Positions 42,500 to 52,843 of a stretch of 64,000 nt of DNA are shown here, piece by piece; within the stretch, counting starts at the first letter, position 1; the number at the start of each line of letters is the position of its first letter. The notes beneath the pieces were generated by a model that was not told the DNA's origin, did no database searches, and saw nothing but the letters and a program-made list of their open reading frames with translations. This DNA comes from an uncultured delta proteobacterium (GTDB lineage Bacteria > Desulfobacterota > Desulfomonilia > UBA1062): positions 257,308 through 321,307 of the forward strand of contig CAWAUM010000002.1 of the NCBI GenBank assembly GCA_963785235.1. Reading direction: 5' to 3'. The translations under genes were made by a program, and so were the position numbers.

Positions 42500-45400
42500 T
42501 CAGAACACTAGTGTCACCCGGAGCAGCAGCAGCTGGTCGGGAGCTATCCGGGGATTGCCGGGATCGGTGTCCTGGAATCTGATCTCCTGATCGAAGAGGT
42601 TTCTTGCCTCCAGCAATACAATTCCGCGACGTTTCGGCAGGCGATAGCCGATACTGCAGTCAACGACCCAGAACTGATCGTCGTCCTGCATGGCCGCGAG
42701 GGTGAGGGGATCGAAGAAATCACCCCGCTGGTCGGCATAGGTCGCGTAAAGACGCAGGAACATCCCTGAGCCATGGAACAAGCTGCCTCCCAACCGCAGC
42801 CGATTTGTTTCAAGTGTCTGGAAATTCTCAGTCCCGACAAACTCATCCCCCCTGTCAAATTCTTCCAGGAAATATTCCATGCTGGTCGAGAGCCATAAGC
42901 GAGGGGTCCAGTAGAGATAGACACGGGCCAGATTTTCCTGCCAATCGGCCTCTCTGCGTTCCGGCAAACCCGATAGATTCTGAGAGTCCAAACTCTCGTA
43001 AGGGACATCCTGGCGGCGGGCGGCGAGTTCCATCCCGCCGAAAAGATTTTCGGAAAAGCCTTGATCCACGGCCCCGCCGTAGATCCAGTTGCCGACTCCC
43101 GCCGCATCATCATAAAATTGATTGAATCCGGCAATCTGAGTAGGTTCGATGGTCTGATCGGAAACAAGGGATCTGGTCAAAACCCGGAAAACGGAAGTCC
43201 GGAACGTTGTTTTCGGCAAGGGATTCCAAGCAAGGCCCAATTTGGGATTGAACTGATCTTTTTCAGACTGCTCGTCGTCAAAGGCATCATAACTCATCCC
43301 GGTGGTGAGAATAAGATTCTTCAAAAGATCGATCTGAGAATAGATGTATGCATTGGCATGCGTGATATCGCTGGAATCCCCCGGCGAGGAATCAGACGCT
43401 ACGGAGAGATCATATATCAGTTCGAAATTCTGCGTGTTTTCAGCTGCAAACAGGCCTGTTCCACCTGTAACGTCAAATACGGCGGACCGGAACTGATGCT
43501 GCACTTCAGCGAGATACCCATCGGTCTGTTCGAAGTAACTCAGCACTCCCCCATCAAATCCGGTTTCAAACCTTTCCTCCAGGTCCTGCACGGTCACTAC
43601 GCCCAGCAGTGCCGAAACAGGAGAGAAATTGTGATGAAAACCGATTCTCCCTGTCTTCCTGTTGGTTTCCTGTTCCTGATCACTGAAAAACCACTGAGGA
43701 TCAAACAGCATTTCCAGATCGCCCGTATCCCTTTCGCTATTCCGTACCTCAGCGAGGACGCTGGTATCGTTGGAAACACGGTACTGGAGATAGGCGTTCT
43801 GGATATCCTGATCCTGGTCGTTATTTTCCCGGAATCCTTCGGCCTGGTAATGAAACTGGCCGAGACTGTAGGAAAATCTGTTCCACACCCCGGACTGAAC
43901 CACCTCGTCGCCGAGAATCTCATTGCCGCCAGCCACACCACTGGCCTGGAGAGCCAGCCTGTTGCGGACAAACAGCGGGGTGTACTCGTTGAACGAGGCC
44001 TCGGCGGGTCCGGCTCCGTCGAGGATGAACAGGCTGCTTTCCGCCATTTGCGGTTGAACAGGGGTAATACTGAGAGGCTGGAGCAACTGCGATTGCAGCA
44101 GTTCGCTGACCCTGGCGATTTCATGTCGAGGAAGGACGCTGTAGGAGTCGGCAAGGAATCGGTGGGCTGAATAGTTGGCCGGATCGATGTTCACCGATTT
44201 CCACCCCTCGACCAGGGCCAGCTGCTGGAAGCCGAGATCACTGTAGATCCGGCCAAGACTGGCGCTGCGGGTGGCCAGATCGTCGTCGAGCAGCAGTCTC
44301 GAGCGATAGACCGCCCGGTTGTCGTTGAGCTCGATCGACCGCTGCAGGTCCCGCAGGGCCTCCACCGGCCGGTTGACGCTCTGCTTGCGCAGGGCGTCGT
44401 AGAACCAGGGGGTAGGGTCGGCCGGGTCGAGGGACTTGGCAATGTCGTACTGCCGCCGGGATTGACTGTCCCGTTTCTCCTCATAGTAGGCCTTGCCCAG
44501 GTAGCTGCGGATCAGGGCGTTGCCGGGATCAAGGGCGGCGGCGATCTCGATCTCGGCCCGCCCCGCTTCCAGGTCGCCATCCCGGATCAAGGCCAGCCCC
44601 AGTCCGAGACGGGCGAGAGGCAGGGCGGGATCGAGAGAAATGGCCTTTCTGAATGCCTCCTGGGCCTTGCCGGTTTCGATACGGGTCAGGTGGGCAAAAC
44701 CGAGGACGGTCTGGATCCGGCCGACATCGGGGTTGAGGGCAGCGGCCTGCCGGGCTGAACTCTCGGCCTTGTCCAGCTCGCCGACCGAGAGCTGGAGTTC
44801 GGCGAGACGGGCCAGAATCTCGGCGCTGTCAGGATTGAATTCTTTCGCCTTCTCGAGGGTCGCCAATGCGCCGGGAAGGTCGAAACGGGACTGCTGGGCA
44901 TACGACAAGGCAAGACCGGCGGCGGCGGAACGGGGATTGATCTCGATCGCCTTTGAGGCAAGGCGCAAGGCCATTTCCGAGTTGTTCTGGACGACCTCGA
45001 TAATGGCCAGCAGGGCAAAGGCCTCACTGCTGGCCGGATCCTTCTCCAGTATTCCGGCGATCAGCTCGCGTGCCTCTGCAACCCTGCCGACAGCGAGATT
45101 ATCGACTGCCTGCAGGAGGGGATCACTATCGCTCTTTTCCTCCCTGACAGCGGGGCGATCGATGATGAACGGGTAATACAGCGTCCACTGCGCGGCATCC
45201 CGGGGCCTGACCACGGTCGTATAACGCGGCGCCATGCCTCTCTCGGCGACGATCGCCTGGCCGGTGGAGACGTCCAACTGCCCCTGCCCGTTGACGGCCC
45301 TGACCTTTCCCTCGAAGACGATGATGACCGTATTTTCGGGTTTGACCTGAACGAGGAACTCTGTACCCTCAACCGCCCCGTTGACATAGGGCGTGGCGAT

Positions 45401-45781
45401 GTCCAGAGAGCGGGGGCGGTGGCTGAAGATATGGAGGATGCCTTTCAGGAGCTTGATGAGGCTGGCTGTTCCGGTCGAGGAAACGCCGAAACTGAGGGTG
45501 CTGTTCTGGTCGACCCGGAGAAGGGATTCGTTGGCCAGGACCACGGCCACCCGCCCATGATTCCCGACCCTCAGGGTATCGCCGGGGCAGAGGCTGTTGT
45601 CTCTCCGAACAGGATCCCAGGTCGACTGCCCGCTGTTCTGAACCTGCGCATCGCCTTGCACGGAAACCAGCCGGCCGGCCGGTTCCCGGCATCGCTCCGC
45701 AGCACCGGCGGCAGAGAAAAAGATATGAATGCCGACAACAACCAACCATGGGACCGAAAATACGCGTGCTCCAATGCTCAT
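42500..45781 (-). CDS. FecR-TPR-beta-barrel outer-membrane receptor (NsrA-like)
   Basis: Signal peptide, FecR domain (LCPGDTLRVG, TPYVNGAVEGTEF), many TPRs, AVYRSRLLLD, and an amphipathic beta-strand C-terminal half ending in F. Confidence 0.85.
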   Translation of the reverse strand: MSIGARVFSVPWLVVVGIHIFFSAAGAAERCREPAGRLVSVQGDAQVQNSGQSTWDPVRRDNSLCPGDTLRVGNHGRVAVVLANESLLRVDQNSTLSFGVSSTGTASLIKLLKGILHIFSHRPRSLDIATPYVNGAVEGTEFLVQVKPENTVIIVFEGKVRAVNGQGQLDVSTGQAIVAERGMAPRYTTVVRPRDAAQWTLYYPFIIDRPAVREEKSDSDPLLQAVDNLAVGRVAEARELIAGILEKDPASSEAFALLAIIEVVQNNSEMALRLASKAIEINPRSAAAGLALSYAQQSRFDLPGALATLEKAKEFNPDSAEILARLAELQLSVGELDKAESSARQAAALNPDVGRIQTVLGFAHLTRIETGKAQEAFRKAISLDPALPLARLGLGLALIRDGDLEAGRAEIEIAAALDPGNALIRSYLGKAYYEEKRDSQSRRQYDIAKSLDPADPTPWFYDALRKQSVNRPVEALRDLQRSIELNDNRAVYRSRLLLDDDLATRSASLGRIYSDLGFQQLALVEGWKSVNIDPANYSAHRFLADSYSVLPRHEIARVSELLQSQLLQPLSITPVQPQMAESSLFILDGAGPAEASFNEYTPLFVRNRLALQASGVAGGNEILGDEVVQSGVWNRFSYSLGQFHYQAEGFRENNDQDQDIQNAYLQYRVSNDTSVLAEVRNSERDTGDLEMLFDPQWFFSDQEQETNRKTGRIGFHHNFSPVSALLGVVTVQDLEERFETGFDGGVLSYFEQTDGYLAEVQHQFRSAVFDVTGGTGLFAAENTQNFELIYDLSVASDSSPGDSSDITHANAYIYSQIDLLKNLILTTGMSYDAFDDEQSEKDQFNPKLGLAWNPLPKTTFRTSVFRVLTRSLVSDQTIEPTQIAGFNQFYDDAAGVGNWIYGGAVDQGFSENLFGGMELAARRQDVPYESLDSQNLSGLPERREADWQENLARVYLYWTPRLWLSTSMEYFLEEFDRGDEFVGTENFQTLETNRLRLGGSLFHGSGMFLRLYATYADQRGDFFDPLTLAAMQDDDQFWVVDCSIGYRLPKRRGIVLLEARNLFDQEIRFQDTDPGNPRIAPDQLLLLRVTLVF

Positions 45782-46142
45782 AGCTTCCCCTCCAGAAACT
45801 ATTGGTGCATACGGTCTTGCCTTCCTGCTGCCCCCTTATTCTTCGGAATGCCTGCTCACGGAACGCGAGTAGAAGATCCGATCACCCGCAAAAGAATCAT
45901 TTCCCTGATGCCCAACGGCGATCTGTCATGACTTTCCTGATTTATCGCAACCAGGATGTACGAGCAATATTGCCCAATATATAAGAAAAGGCTATCCTGT
46001 TTGTCAGGCCATAGCAAGTAATTTTCAGACTTTTCCGACAAACGCCCATTCCGGCAGGAAGGAGAAGGTTGAACGATCAAACGGGAACATCTGCAAGGTC
46101 TCTGACCGTGCATCACAATTAGGGAATACAACAGGAATCGAA

Positions 46143-47045
46143 ATGAATATCGGTTTAGCCCTGGGAAGCGGTTCTGCCCGCGGATGGTCGCATATAGGTG
46201 TTATCAGCGCCCTGAGTGATCAGGGCATCGTGCCCGATATTGTTTGCGGCACCTCCGTGGGCTCATTGGTCGGCGCAGCGTATGTTTCAGGTACCATAGA
46301 TAAATTAGAGGAATGGGTGCGGTCACTGACTAAATTTGAGACAGCCAGGTTTTTTGAAATTAATCCTTCATTGAACGGTTTCGTGAATACGGAAAGGCTG
46401 CGCCATTTCTTGTATGAATACGTGGCGAATGATAATGCATTGATAGAAGATCTTGCCAAACGATTTGCCGCCGTCGCGACGGAACTGGAAACCGGCAGGG
46501 AGGTATGGCTGACCAGAGGTCCGGTGCTGGAGGCAGTCTGGTCGTCCATCTCGTTACCCGGGCTCTTTCCGGCCATAAAAAACAATAACAAGTGGCTTGT
46601 GGACGGCGGATTGGTCAATCCGGTTCCCGTTTCGGTCTGTAGAGCGCTGGGCGCGGAGATTGTCATAGCCGTAAATTTGAATGGCGATATTGTCGGAAAA
46701 CATTTCCAGAAGCCGAAAAAATTAATAAACCAGGAAAAAAATCAAGGTGTTGTAGGTAAAATTACAGGATTGGTCGCAGAATATACCGCTTCAATATTTG
46801 CAACGGCGAAGGTTGAAGATCAACCACCGAACTTGTTTGAAGCTATTGCCGGCTCCGTCAATATTACCCAGGACAGAATCACCAGGAGTCGAATGGCTGG
46901 GGACCCGCCGGATATTTTGCTTTCACCGAGGTTGTCCCATATTGGATTATTGGAGTTTTATCGGGCAAATGAAGCTATAAGTGAGGGAAAAGAATGTGTC
47001 CGGAGAATGATGCCGATTATCCAACATGCATTGGGTTTAGACTGA
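46143..47045 (+). CDS. rssA: Patatin-like phospholipase (RssA-like)
   Basis: LGSGSARGWSHIG, GTSVG and VDGGLVNPVP. Confidence 0.85.
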   Translation: MNIGLALGSGSARGWSHIGVISALSDQGIVPDIVCGTSVGSLVGAAYVSGTIDKLEEWVRSLTKFETARFFEINPSLNGFVNTERLRHFLYEYVANDNALIEDLAKRFAAVATELETGREVWLTRGPVLEAVWSSISLPGLFPAIKNNNKWLVDGGLVNPVPVSVCRALGAEIVIAVNLNGDIVGKHFQKPKKLINQEKNQGVVGKITGLVAEYTASIFATAKVEDQPPNLFEAIAGSVNITQDRITRSRMAGDPPDILLSPRLSHIGLLEFYRANEAISEGKECVRRMMPIIQHALGLD

Positions 47046-47266
47046 CATCTATATGGCTTCCAGCTGCCATGATATAAACATCCCAATAAATCAGCAGAAA
47101 TAACAATGATATAGGAATTCCATCTCAGAAATCAGGTTTCCTAGCAACCGATTCGCGAGGGCCACTCGGCATTTTCGATGCCGGGATTCAGCGCCTTCGG
47201 GTAGCGCCTCTGCAGCAAGCATCTATCGGGATATGCCGGATAGCCCAAAAATCTTCATTTGATATT

Positions 47267-48034
47267 TCAGAAGCGTTTCATCTCTTTTTTCTTCAACGTC
47301 GTCCATTTCGGACCATCGATTCCATCGGAAATTCTCGCAACCGGGATTACCCGGGTGTCGTCCAGCAATACCGTTTTGACCGTATCTTCGGCAAAGAGAA
47401 CCAGATCTTCAGATTCCAGCTGCTCACCGGTATCAGTCATTACAGCATCTACAAAGGCATGGCTGCACAATTCCGCCACAGTGATCACATCACCGGTACT
47501 GCCGAGTTGATGCCATCCCCGGTAACGACCGTCATTGCCGAACAGTCTCAGGCCGGTTGCCGCCAGAGCCCCGATTACCCCGCCTCCGGTCCCTCCATGT
47601 TCAGAAAGGTGCACGCCCAGGGTATCGGCGAGGTCGTATGCCGACTGCTTGTCAAGGACGGTCTTTTTGGCATTTCTGCCGAAGTTTATCAGGGCATCCT
47701 TATCGAGATGTGAGTCGTCTATAACAACACACAAGCCTGGATCGGAGCCTTCAGCTGATGAACATTGCAGGAATGACTGGCCGAAGGAAATGATATCCTC
47801 CAATCTGTCGGCATGACTTATGGCGGGAATGCACATCGCGCTGTTGTGGGAGGTGAAGGGAATATCCTTGTGAACGAAAAGCTGGTGGCGGGTTATGCCC
47901 TCACATTCAGCAAGGCCGTTGCTCTGCAATGCCCTTGCCAGATTCTCCGCAGCGGTTCCTGATCCGGGACTGTCGAGGTTGTCAGTGTCATCGATACCAA
48001 TCAATATTTTCAGCATACTGATGTTTCTTGTCAT
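47267..48034 (-). CDS. TiaS N-terminal-like (DDTD motif) protein of unknown function
   Basis: IGIDDTD, TRHQL, FTSHNSAMC, GSDPGLC and GVIGALAA. Confidence 0.6.
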   Translation of the reverse strand: MTRNISMLKILIGIDDTDNLDSPGSGTAAENLARALQSNGLAECEGITRHQLFVHKDIPFTSHNSAMCIPAISHADRLEDIISFGQSFLQCSSAEGSDPGLCVVIDDSHLDKDALINFGRNAKKTVLDKQSAYDLADTLGVHLSEHGGTGGGVIGALAATGLRLFGNDGRYRGWHQLGSTGDVITVAELCSHAFVDAVMTDTGEQLESEDLVLFAEDTVKTVLLDDTRVIPVARISDGIDGPKWTTLKKKEMKRF

Positions 48035-48433
48035 AATAAGTCATCCTTGTTCCCAAAAGGGGCTCGAAATCGAAACAGTAAAAATAAAAAGACGAAAAAA
48101 GCATAAACAGACACAGGATAACATCATATTTTTCAGGTGATTATGCCGCAACTATCTGCTTTCTCCTTTCACCGGGTTTATTGAGATTCCAGTCACGTTT
48201 TTATTTAAAAAGAGGTCCGCACACCGATATGCCAGATCCTCCTCGCGCCTGCCATAATGGAAAAAAATCTCAACAATTTGTCTAACATACCAGACATATG
48301 CACACATTAAAAAAATAATAAATTACCATTAATAACCATTAATGACAGGAGAATGCTCCTTGCCATCTCATGCATGGTGCCCTATACTTTTTTTAAGGCT
48401 GTACCCCTACACATATCATCAAGGAGGAAGACC

Positions 48434-48631
48434 ATGGCTGGACAAATTTTTTATAGAGAACGGCAAAAGGCAAAAGATGGGGCAAAAACACCTCGGTATC
48501 GAATAGTCGCTGTCACCGGTGTTGACCTGAAGGTATACGGCAACCACTTACGAAAGGCCGAACTGGAGCAGATAGCCAGCGCCACCAAGGCCAGCCTTGT
48601 CACATTGCAGCGCGGCCCGAAGCATCAGTAA
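48434..48631 (+). CDS. 65-aa basic hypothetical protein
   Basis: AAGGAGG RBS; MAGQIFYRER...; co-oriented with the next gene. Confidence 0.65.
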   Translation: MAGQIFYRERQKAKDGAKTPRYRIVAVTGVDLKVYGNHLRKAELEQIASATKASLVTLQRGPKHQ

Positions 48632-48669
48632 CAGAAAATCGACATCGCCGATTGACAAGGAGAGAAAAC

Positions 48670-49500
48670 ATGGCATTGGTGCGGGAAAAAGATGGCAAGC
48701 GACTGCACGTCAAAAGTATGTTGATGGGCGAGAGTCTGGTGAGCAAGGAATTCATCGGTCAACTGAATATTGCTCCGCAGGAACGTTTGTATCCGGATAT
48801 CGCAATAATGAAGATAGGCGGCCAATCGATCTGCGACCGCGGGGTAAAGGCCTTGCCGGCGATTCTCAAGGAAATCGTCAGGATTCGCCAGGACCATAAA
48901 CTCCTGATTACCACCGGCGGCGGCACCAGGAGCCGCCATATTTATACTATCGGTCTGGAAATGGGCATGCCGACCGGCGTGATCGCCAAATTCGGCAGCA
49001 TGGTCTCCGAGCAGAACGCCTTGATGATCGCCACCCTGTTGTCACCATGGGGCGGAATCAAAATATCCCACTCGGATATCGTCAAGCTGCCGACCTACTT
49101 TGCCGAAAACATCATTCCGGTCATGCACGGCATGCCCCCGTACGACTATTTCGCAATCAAACCCAAAGTCGGTCGCATACCGATCCATCGTACCGATGTC
49201 GGCCTGGTGATTCTTGCCGATCTCATCGGTTCCCGGACCATACTCTTCATCAAGGATGAAGATGGCCTATACACTGACGATCCGAAAAAGAACCCGAACG
49301 CCGAATTCATTCCGGAGATCGGCGCCCAGGACCTCCTTGATCAAGATCAGGACGATCTGGTGATTGAAAGACCCTGTCTCGAGATCATACAGAACAGCGA
49401 GGTCATCGAGAAGGTGCAGATCATTAACGGTCTGGTCGAGGGTAACATCACCCGTGCCCTGAACGGAGAGCATGTCGGGACAATTATCTACAAACAGTAG
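48670..49500 (+). CDS. Molybdenum storage protein-like (amino acid kinase/UMP kinase fold)
   Basis: S.LMGESL, KIGGQSICDRG, GGGTRSRH, GMPTG, GMPPY, GRIP.HRTD and KDEDGLYTDDPK. Confidence 0.8.
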   Translation: MALVREKDGKRLHVKSMLMGESLVSKEFIGQLNIAPQERLYPDIAIMKIGGQSICDRGVKALPAILKEIVRIRQDHKLLITTGGGTRSRHIYTIGLEMGMPTGVIAKFGSMVSEQNALMIATLLSPWGGIKISHSDIVKLPTYFAENIIPVMHGMPPYDYFAIKPKVGRIPIHRTDVGLVILADLIGSRTILFIKDEDGLYTDDPKKNPNAEFIPEIGAQDLLDQDQDDLVIERPCLEIIQNSEVIEKVQIINGLVEGNITRALNGEHVGTIIYKQ

Positions 49501-49751
49501 ATAGTCTGGTCAGAGTAGAGAGGAGTTGAGCCGCCGGGATTTCGGCGGCGGCAAACTCTTTCTTCCTTGCTTCTTTTCTCAATTATGGCAGATTTCACCC
49601 AGGGTGCTACGAAAACATTCCCTGTAACTATCTGACATTCCCAAAACTTAGACAATCGTCTCAAAATTTGCTCGAAACCTTGGATTCGGGTTATATTGAA
49701 AGCGGTAACGTTCCGAGATTCCGTTCCATGTAGGCATTGCAGGAGGGTAGT

Positions 49752-50069
49752 ATGACTTTTTGGGATCTGACCACGCTGAAATTGGCAGAGTTCAGGCCGG
49801 GCATTCTGAGCAAGGCGGAAATAGGCGATAATCTGATCATGGTCTGCATGCAGATCGCTCCCGGCAAGGAAGACACCGGTCATGTCCACCCGTTCGACCA
49901 GTGCGGCGTTGTCCTGGAAGGGCAGATAGAGATGTTTGCCGGCGATGCCCGCCGATTGCTCAACGCCAATGAAAGCTATTTCATCCCGGCAGGCGAACGC
50001 CATGGCTGGAAGACCTTTGCCGAACCGGTGAAGATTCTCGATGTTTCGTTGAAACAGCCAGCGGAATAA
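49752..50069 (+). CDS. Cupin-domain protein
   Basis: HVHPFDQCGVVLEG and IPAGERHG. Confidence 0.85.
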   Translation: MTFWDLTTLKLAEFRPGILSKAEIGDNLIMVCMQIAPGKEDTGHVHPFDQCGVVLEGQIEMFAGDARRLLNANESYFIPAGERHGWKTFAEPVKILDVSLKQPAE

Positions 50070-50359
50070 GTCCGTCTGACAGGCGATTCCTCCCTATTAT
50101 TGATGCGATAGTCAGCAATCGGCGGACACTTCCCGGGCAGGAGTCTCTGCCTGAGGGAAGTATTTTTGCACGTATCTGCGGACGACTGCCTCCCCAAGTT
50201 GGAAATCGTTGCCAAGTATCGCGGGAACGTATTGCCCTTCGATATTTCGTGCTTACAGGTGTCACCTGTCGTTCCGAAACGCCATCGACCTTCAAACCTC
50301 AGCAAACCTCGACAGCGCCCGACAGGCTCCCGGACCTGCCAGGTTCCCGGTCCCGCCCT

Positions 50360-51514
50360 ATGTCCGCCAATCTGAAGATCCTGTTTGCCCTTACCCTCAT
50401 CCATTTCACCGGCGATTTTTTCACCGCCTTTATCAGTCCGCTGTTTCCGGTTTTCGTCGACAAACTTGGTCTCTCCCTGACTCAGGTCGGAATTATTGCC
50501 GGCACGATGCGCCTTCTGGCCTTCATCATCCAACCGACCGTCGGCTATCTGGCGGACCGGCACCCGACACGGGCCTTTATTTTCACCGGCCTGGCCTTGA
50601 CCATCGTGTTTATCCCGCTTACCGGCATCGCCCCCAATTTCTGGGTCCTGCTGCTCTTTGTCGCCCTCGGTTCCGTCGGCTCGTCGATGTTCCACCCCTC
50701 GGTCACCGGTATGGTGCCCGTCTACGCCGGCAACAAGGCCGGCTTCTCCATGTCGATCTTCAATACCGGCGGCACCCTGGCCTTCGGCCTCGGCCCTCTG
50801 TTCATCACCTGGTACGTGGCCTATTTCGGATTGTCGGCCATGCCCGTAACCATGATCGCCGGTCTGCTGGTCCTCCTCTACCTGCTGACGGTCATTCCCA
50901 AACCGCAGAGCGAGGGCCTGCGGCGCTCCGGCTTTCTCGGGGCGCTCAAGGAAAGTCTGGGCGACGCCTGGAAGGCCGTGGCCCTGATCTGGCTGGTTAT
51001 GTTCATGCGCGCCGTGGTTGGCCAGTCCTTTCTGACCTTCATGCCGGTTCTCTATGTGCGGGAGGGGTTCAGCGTGGTGTCGGCGGGAGCGATTTATTCG
51101 CTCTTTACGGTATCGGGCACCGTCAGCGGCCTGCTCTCCGGCCATATCTCCGACCGCATCGGTTTCAAGCCGGTCTTCATCTTTTCCTACCTGTTCATGG
51201 CCCCCGCCCTCTGGCTGCTGTTGCAGCTCGACGGCAACTGGGTCTATCTCGGTTCGGCCCTGGCCGGGGCCTTCGTCCTGGCGCCGCTTCCCCTCGGCGT
51301 GACCATGGCCCAGACCCTCGCCCCGAAAGGCCGTTCCATGGTTGCGAGCCTGATGATGGGTTTCGCCTACGGCCTCGGCGGGGCCATCACCCCCCTTGTC
51401 GGAAAAATGGCCGATATCTACTCCATTCGCCCCGTACTCATCTTCGTCGCCTGCATCCCGTTGCTCACCCTTCCCATTATCGCCTTCTTTCCGAAGATCC
51501 GCAGCAACGGGTAA
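50360..51514 (+). CDS. MFS transporter (Fsr-like)
   Basis: About 12 TM helices; QPTVGYLADR, GSSMFHP and GHISDRIG. Confidence 0.88.
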   Translation: MSANLKILFALTLIHFTGDFFTAFISPLFPVFVDKLGLSLTQVGIIAGTMRLLAFIIQPTVGYLADRHPTRAFIFTGLALTIVFIPLTGIAPNFWVLLLFVALGSVGSSMFHPSVTGMVPVYAGNKAGFSMSIFNTGGTLAFGLGPLFITWYVAYFGLSAMPVTMIAGLLVLLYLLTVIPKPQSEGLRRSGFLGALKESLGDAWKAVALIWLVMFMRAVVGQSFLTFMPVLYVREGFSVVSAGAIYSLFTVSGTVSGLLSGHISDRIGFKPVFIFSYLFMAPALWLLLQLDGNWVYLGSALAGAFVLAPLPLGVTMAQTLAPKGRSMVASLMMGFAYGLGGAITPLVGKMADIYSIRPVLIFVACIPLLTLPIIAFFPKIRSNG

Positions 51515-51568
51515 GCAGAGTCTTCCCGGTGTTGTCATCGCAGCAATGTTGATCGCGGACTGATCATG

Positions 51569-52843
51569 CTACTCCCCGGCTAGGCCTTCCTCCACCTGCA
51601 GCCGGGGATAGATGTTCTGGGGATTCCACAACATCCATCCGGAACTGCCGAAGGCCTCGGCGGCCCTGATCTGGGTCCTGACCCTCTCGTCACCGAATGC
51701 ACCGGCGCCAAAAGCATAATCGCGAAAGGCCTGGAGCCAGGGACGAAAGCGCAACGGTGAGGCGCCGCTCCGCTCCTGGCCTCGTTTGAGCGACCTGTTG
51801 ACGATTTCATAGGGATGGGTAACCGGATTTGGGTATCCGGGGATGCCGAACTGGAAACCCGAGGGGTAGAGCATCGGTGAGACGATATCCACACTGTCCA
51901 TGATCGGTACGAGTTTCTGGCCGACATCGGTGTCGTTGGCATTCCAGAGAACGTAGCCGAAGATATCGGCTGCCACCAGCACATTATAGGGGATGAGGGC
52001 CTGCCTGGCGTCCTGCAGAAAACCGCTGACGGCGGCAGTTCGACTCGCCTCGTTGGCAGGTTCTGCATACCTGAGACCGGGTTTGTCGGGAAAGCGGAGG
52101 TAATCGAACTGGATTTCCTCAAAACCCAACTCCGCCGCAATCCTGGCGATGGCGATATTGTACGTCCAAACCTCCGGTATAAACGGATCGACCCATTGCA
52201 GTTTTTCAAAATCGCGGTAGGGGACGCCGGACGCGGTCTTTACCGCCCATTCCGGTCTTGCCGCCGCGAGCAGGTCATCCTTGAAGACCACGATACGGGC
52301 GATCAGGTAGATGCCCTGCTGCCGCAGTTTGTCCAGCAGAGCCGGCATATCCCTGACGGTAATGATATTCTGGGCGCCAACGGCGACAGCGGCAGGGAGA
52401 TCGATGCGAAAGGGAATGAATCCCCGGTCGCCCTTCACATCGATGACCAGGGCGTTCATCCCGTTCTTTCTCAGGGTGTCGAGAGCCGCCTCCCGCAACC
52501 GTCTGTGCCCGATCCCGTAGACGGAGAGGTAGAGTGCTTTCACCGTCAGGGGTCTGAGCGGAATCACGGCATCCGGTTCCCCGGGGTGATCCTGTACGAA
52601 GTCCCGGCGCCAGTATCCGGGAGCCCGCAGGCGGAGCACCGGGTATGCTCCGGCCGGCACGTTCTCAAGATGGAACCGGCCGTAGGAATCGGTGCGCGTC
52701 ACCCGGGTGCCGTGGGTCACCACCGCATCGGCAATCGGCGCAAGCGTTTCGCTGTCGTACACCCGGCCCTCGTAGGCGGACACGCCGGTGGAAACAATGA
52801 GGATCGTCGCCGCCAGCCAGAGGGCAACTAGTGCGCTCTTCAT
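51569..52843 (-). CDS. Putative glycoside hydrolase (DUF4015-like), exported
   Basis: NALVIDVKGDRG, IARIVVFKD, EIQFDYLRFP, SPMLYPS and RPWLQAF. Confidence 0.82.
   Translation of the reverse strand: MKSALVALWLAATILIVSTGVSAYEGRVYDSETLAPIADAVVTHGTRVTRTDSYGRFHLENVPAGAYPVLRLRAPGYWRRDFVQDHPGEPDAVIPLRPLTVKALYLSVYGIGHRRLREAALDTLRKNGMNALVIDVKGDRGFIPFRIDLPAAVAVGAQNIITVRDMPALLDKLRQQGIYLIARIVVFKDDLLAAARPEWAVKTASGVPYRDFEKLQWVDPFIPEVWTYNIAIARIAAELGFEEIQFDYLRFPDKPGLRYAEPANEASRTAAVSGFLQDARQALIPYNVLVAADIFGYVLWNANDTDVGQKLVPIMDSVDIVSPMLYPSGFQFGIPGYPNPVTHPYEIVNRSLKRGQERSGASPLRFRPWLQAFRDYAFGAGAFGDERVRTQIRAAEAFGSSGWMLWNPQNIYPRLQVEEGLAGE

Noticed and set aside
48279-48296. TGTCTA-N6-CAGACA palindrome as a member of the activator regulon
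   Set aside because: Spacer differs from the N5 sites and no clear sigma54 promoter follows.
49976-51538. 520-aa minus-strand ORF and other long antisense ORFs (16985-18175, 25815-27020, 59999-61213)
   Set aside because: GC-rich antisense frames of clear genes, with no motifs of their own.
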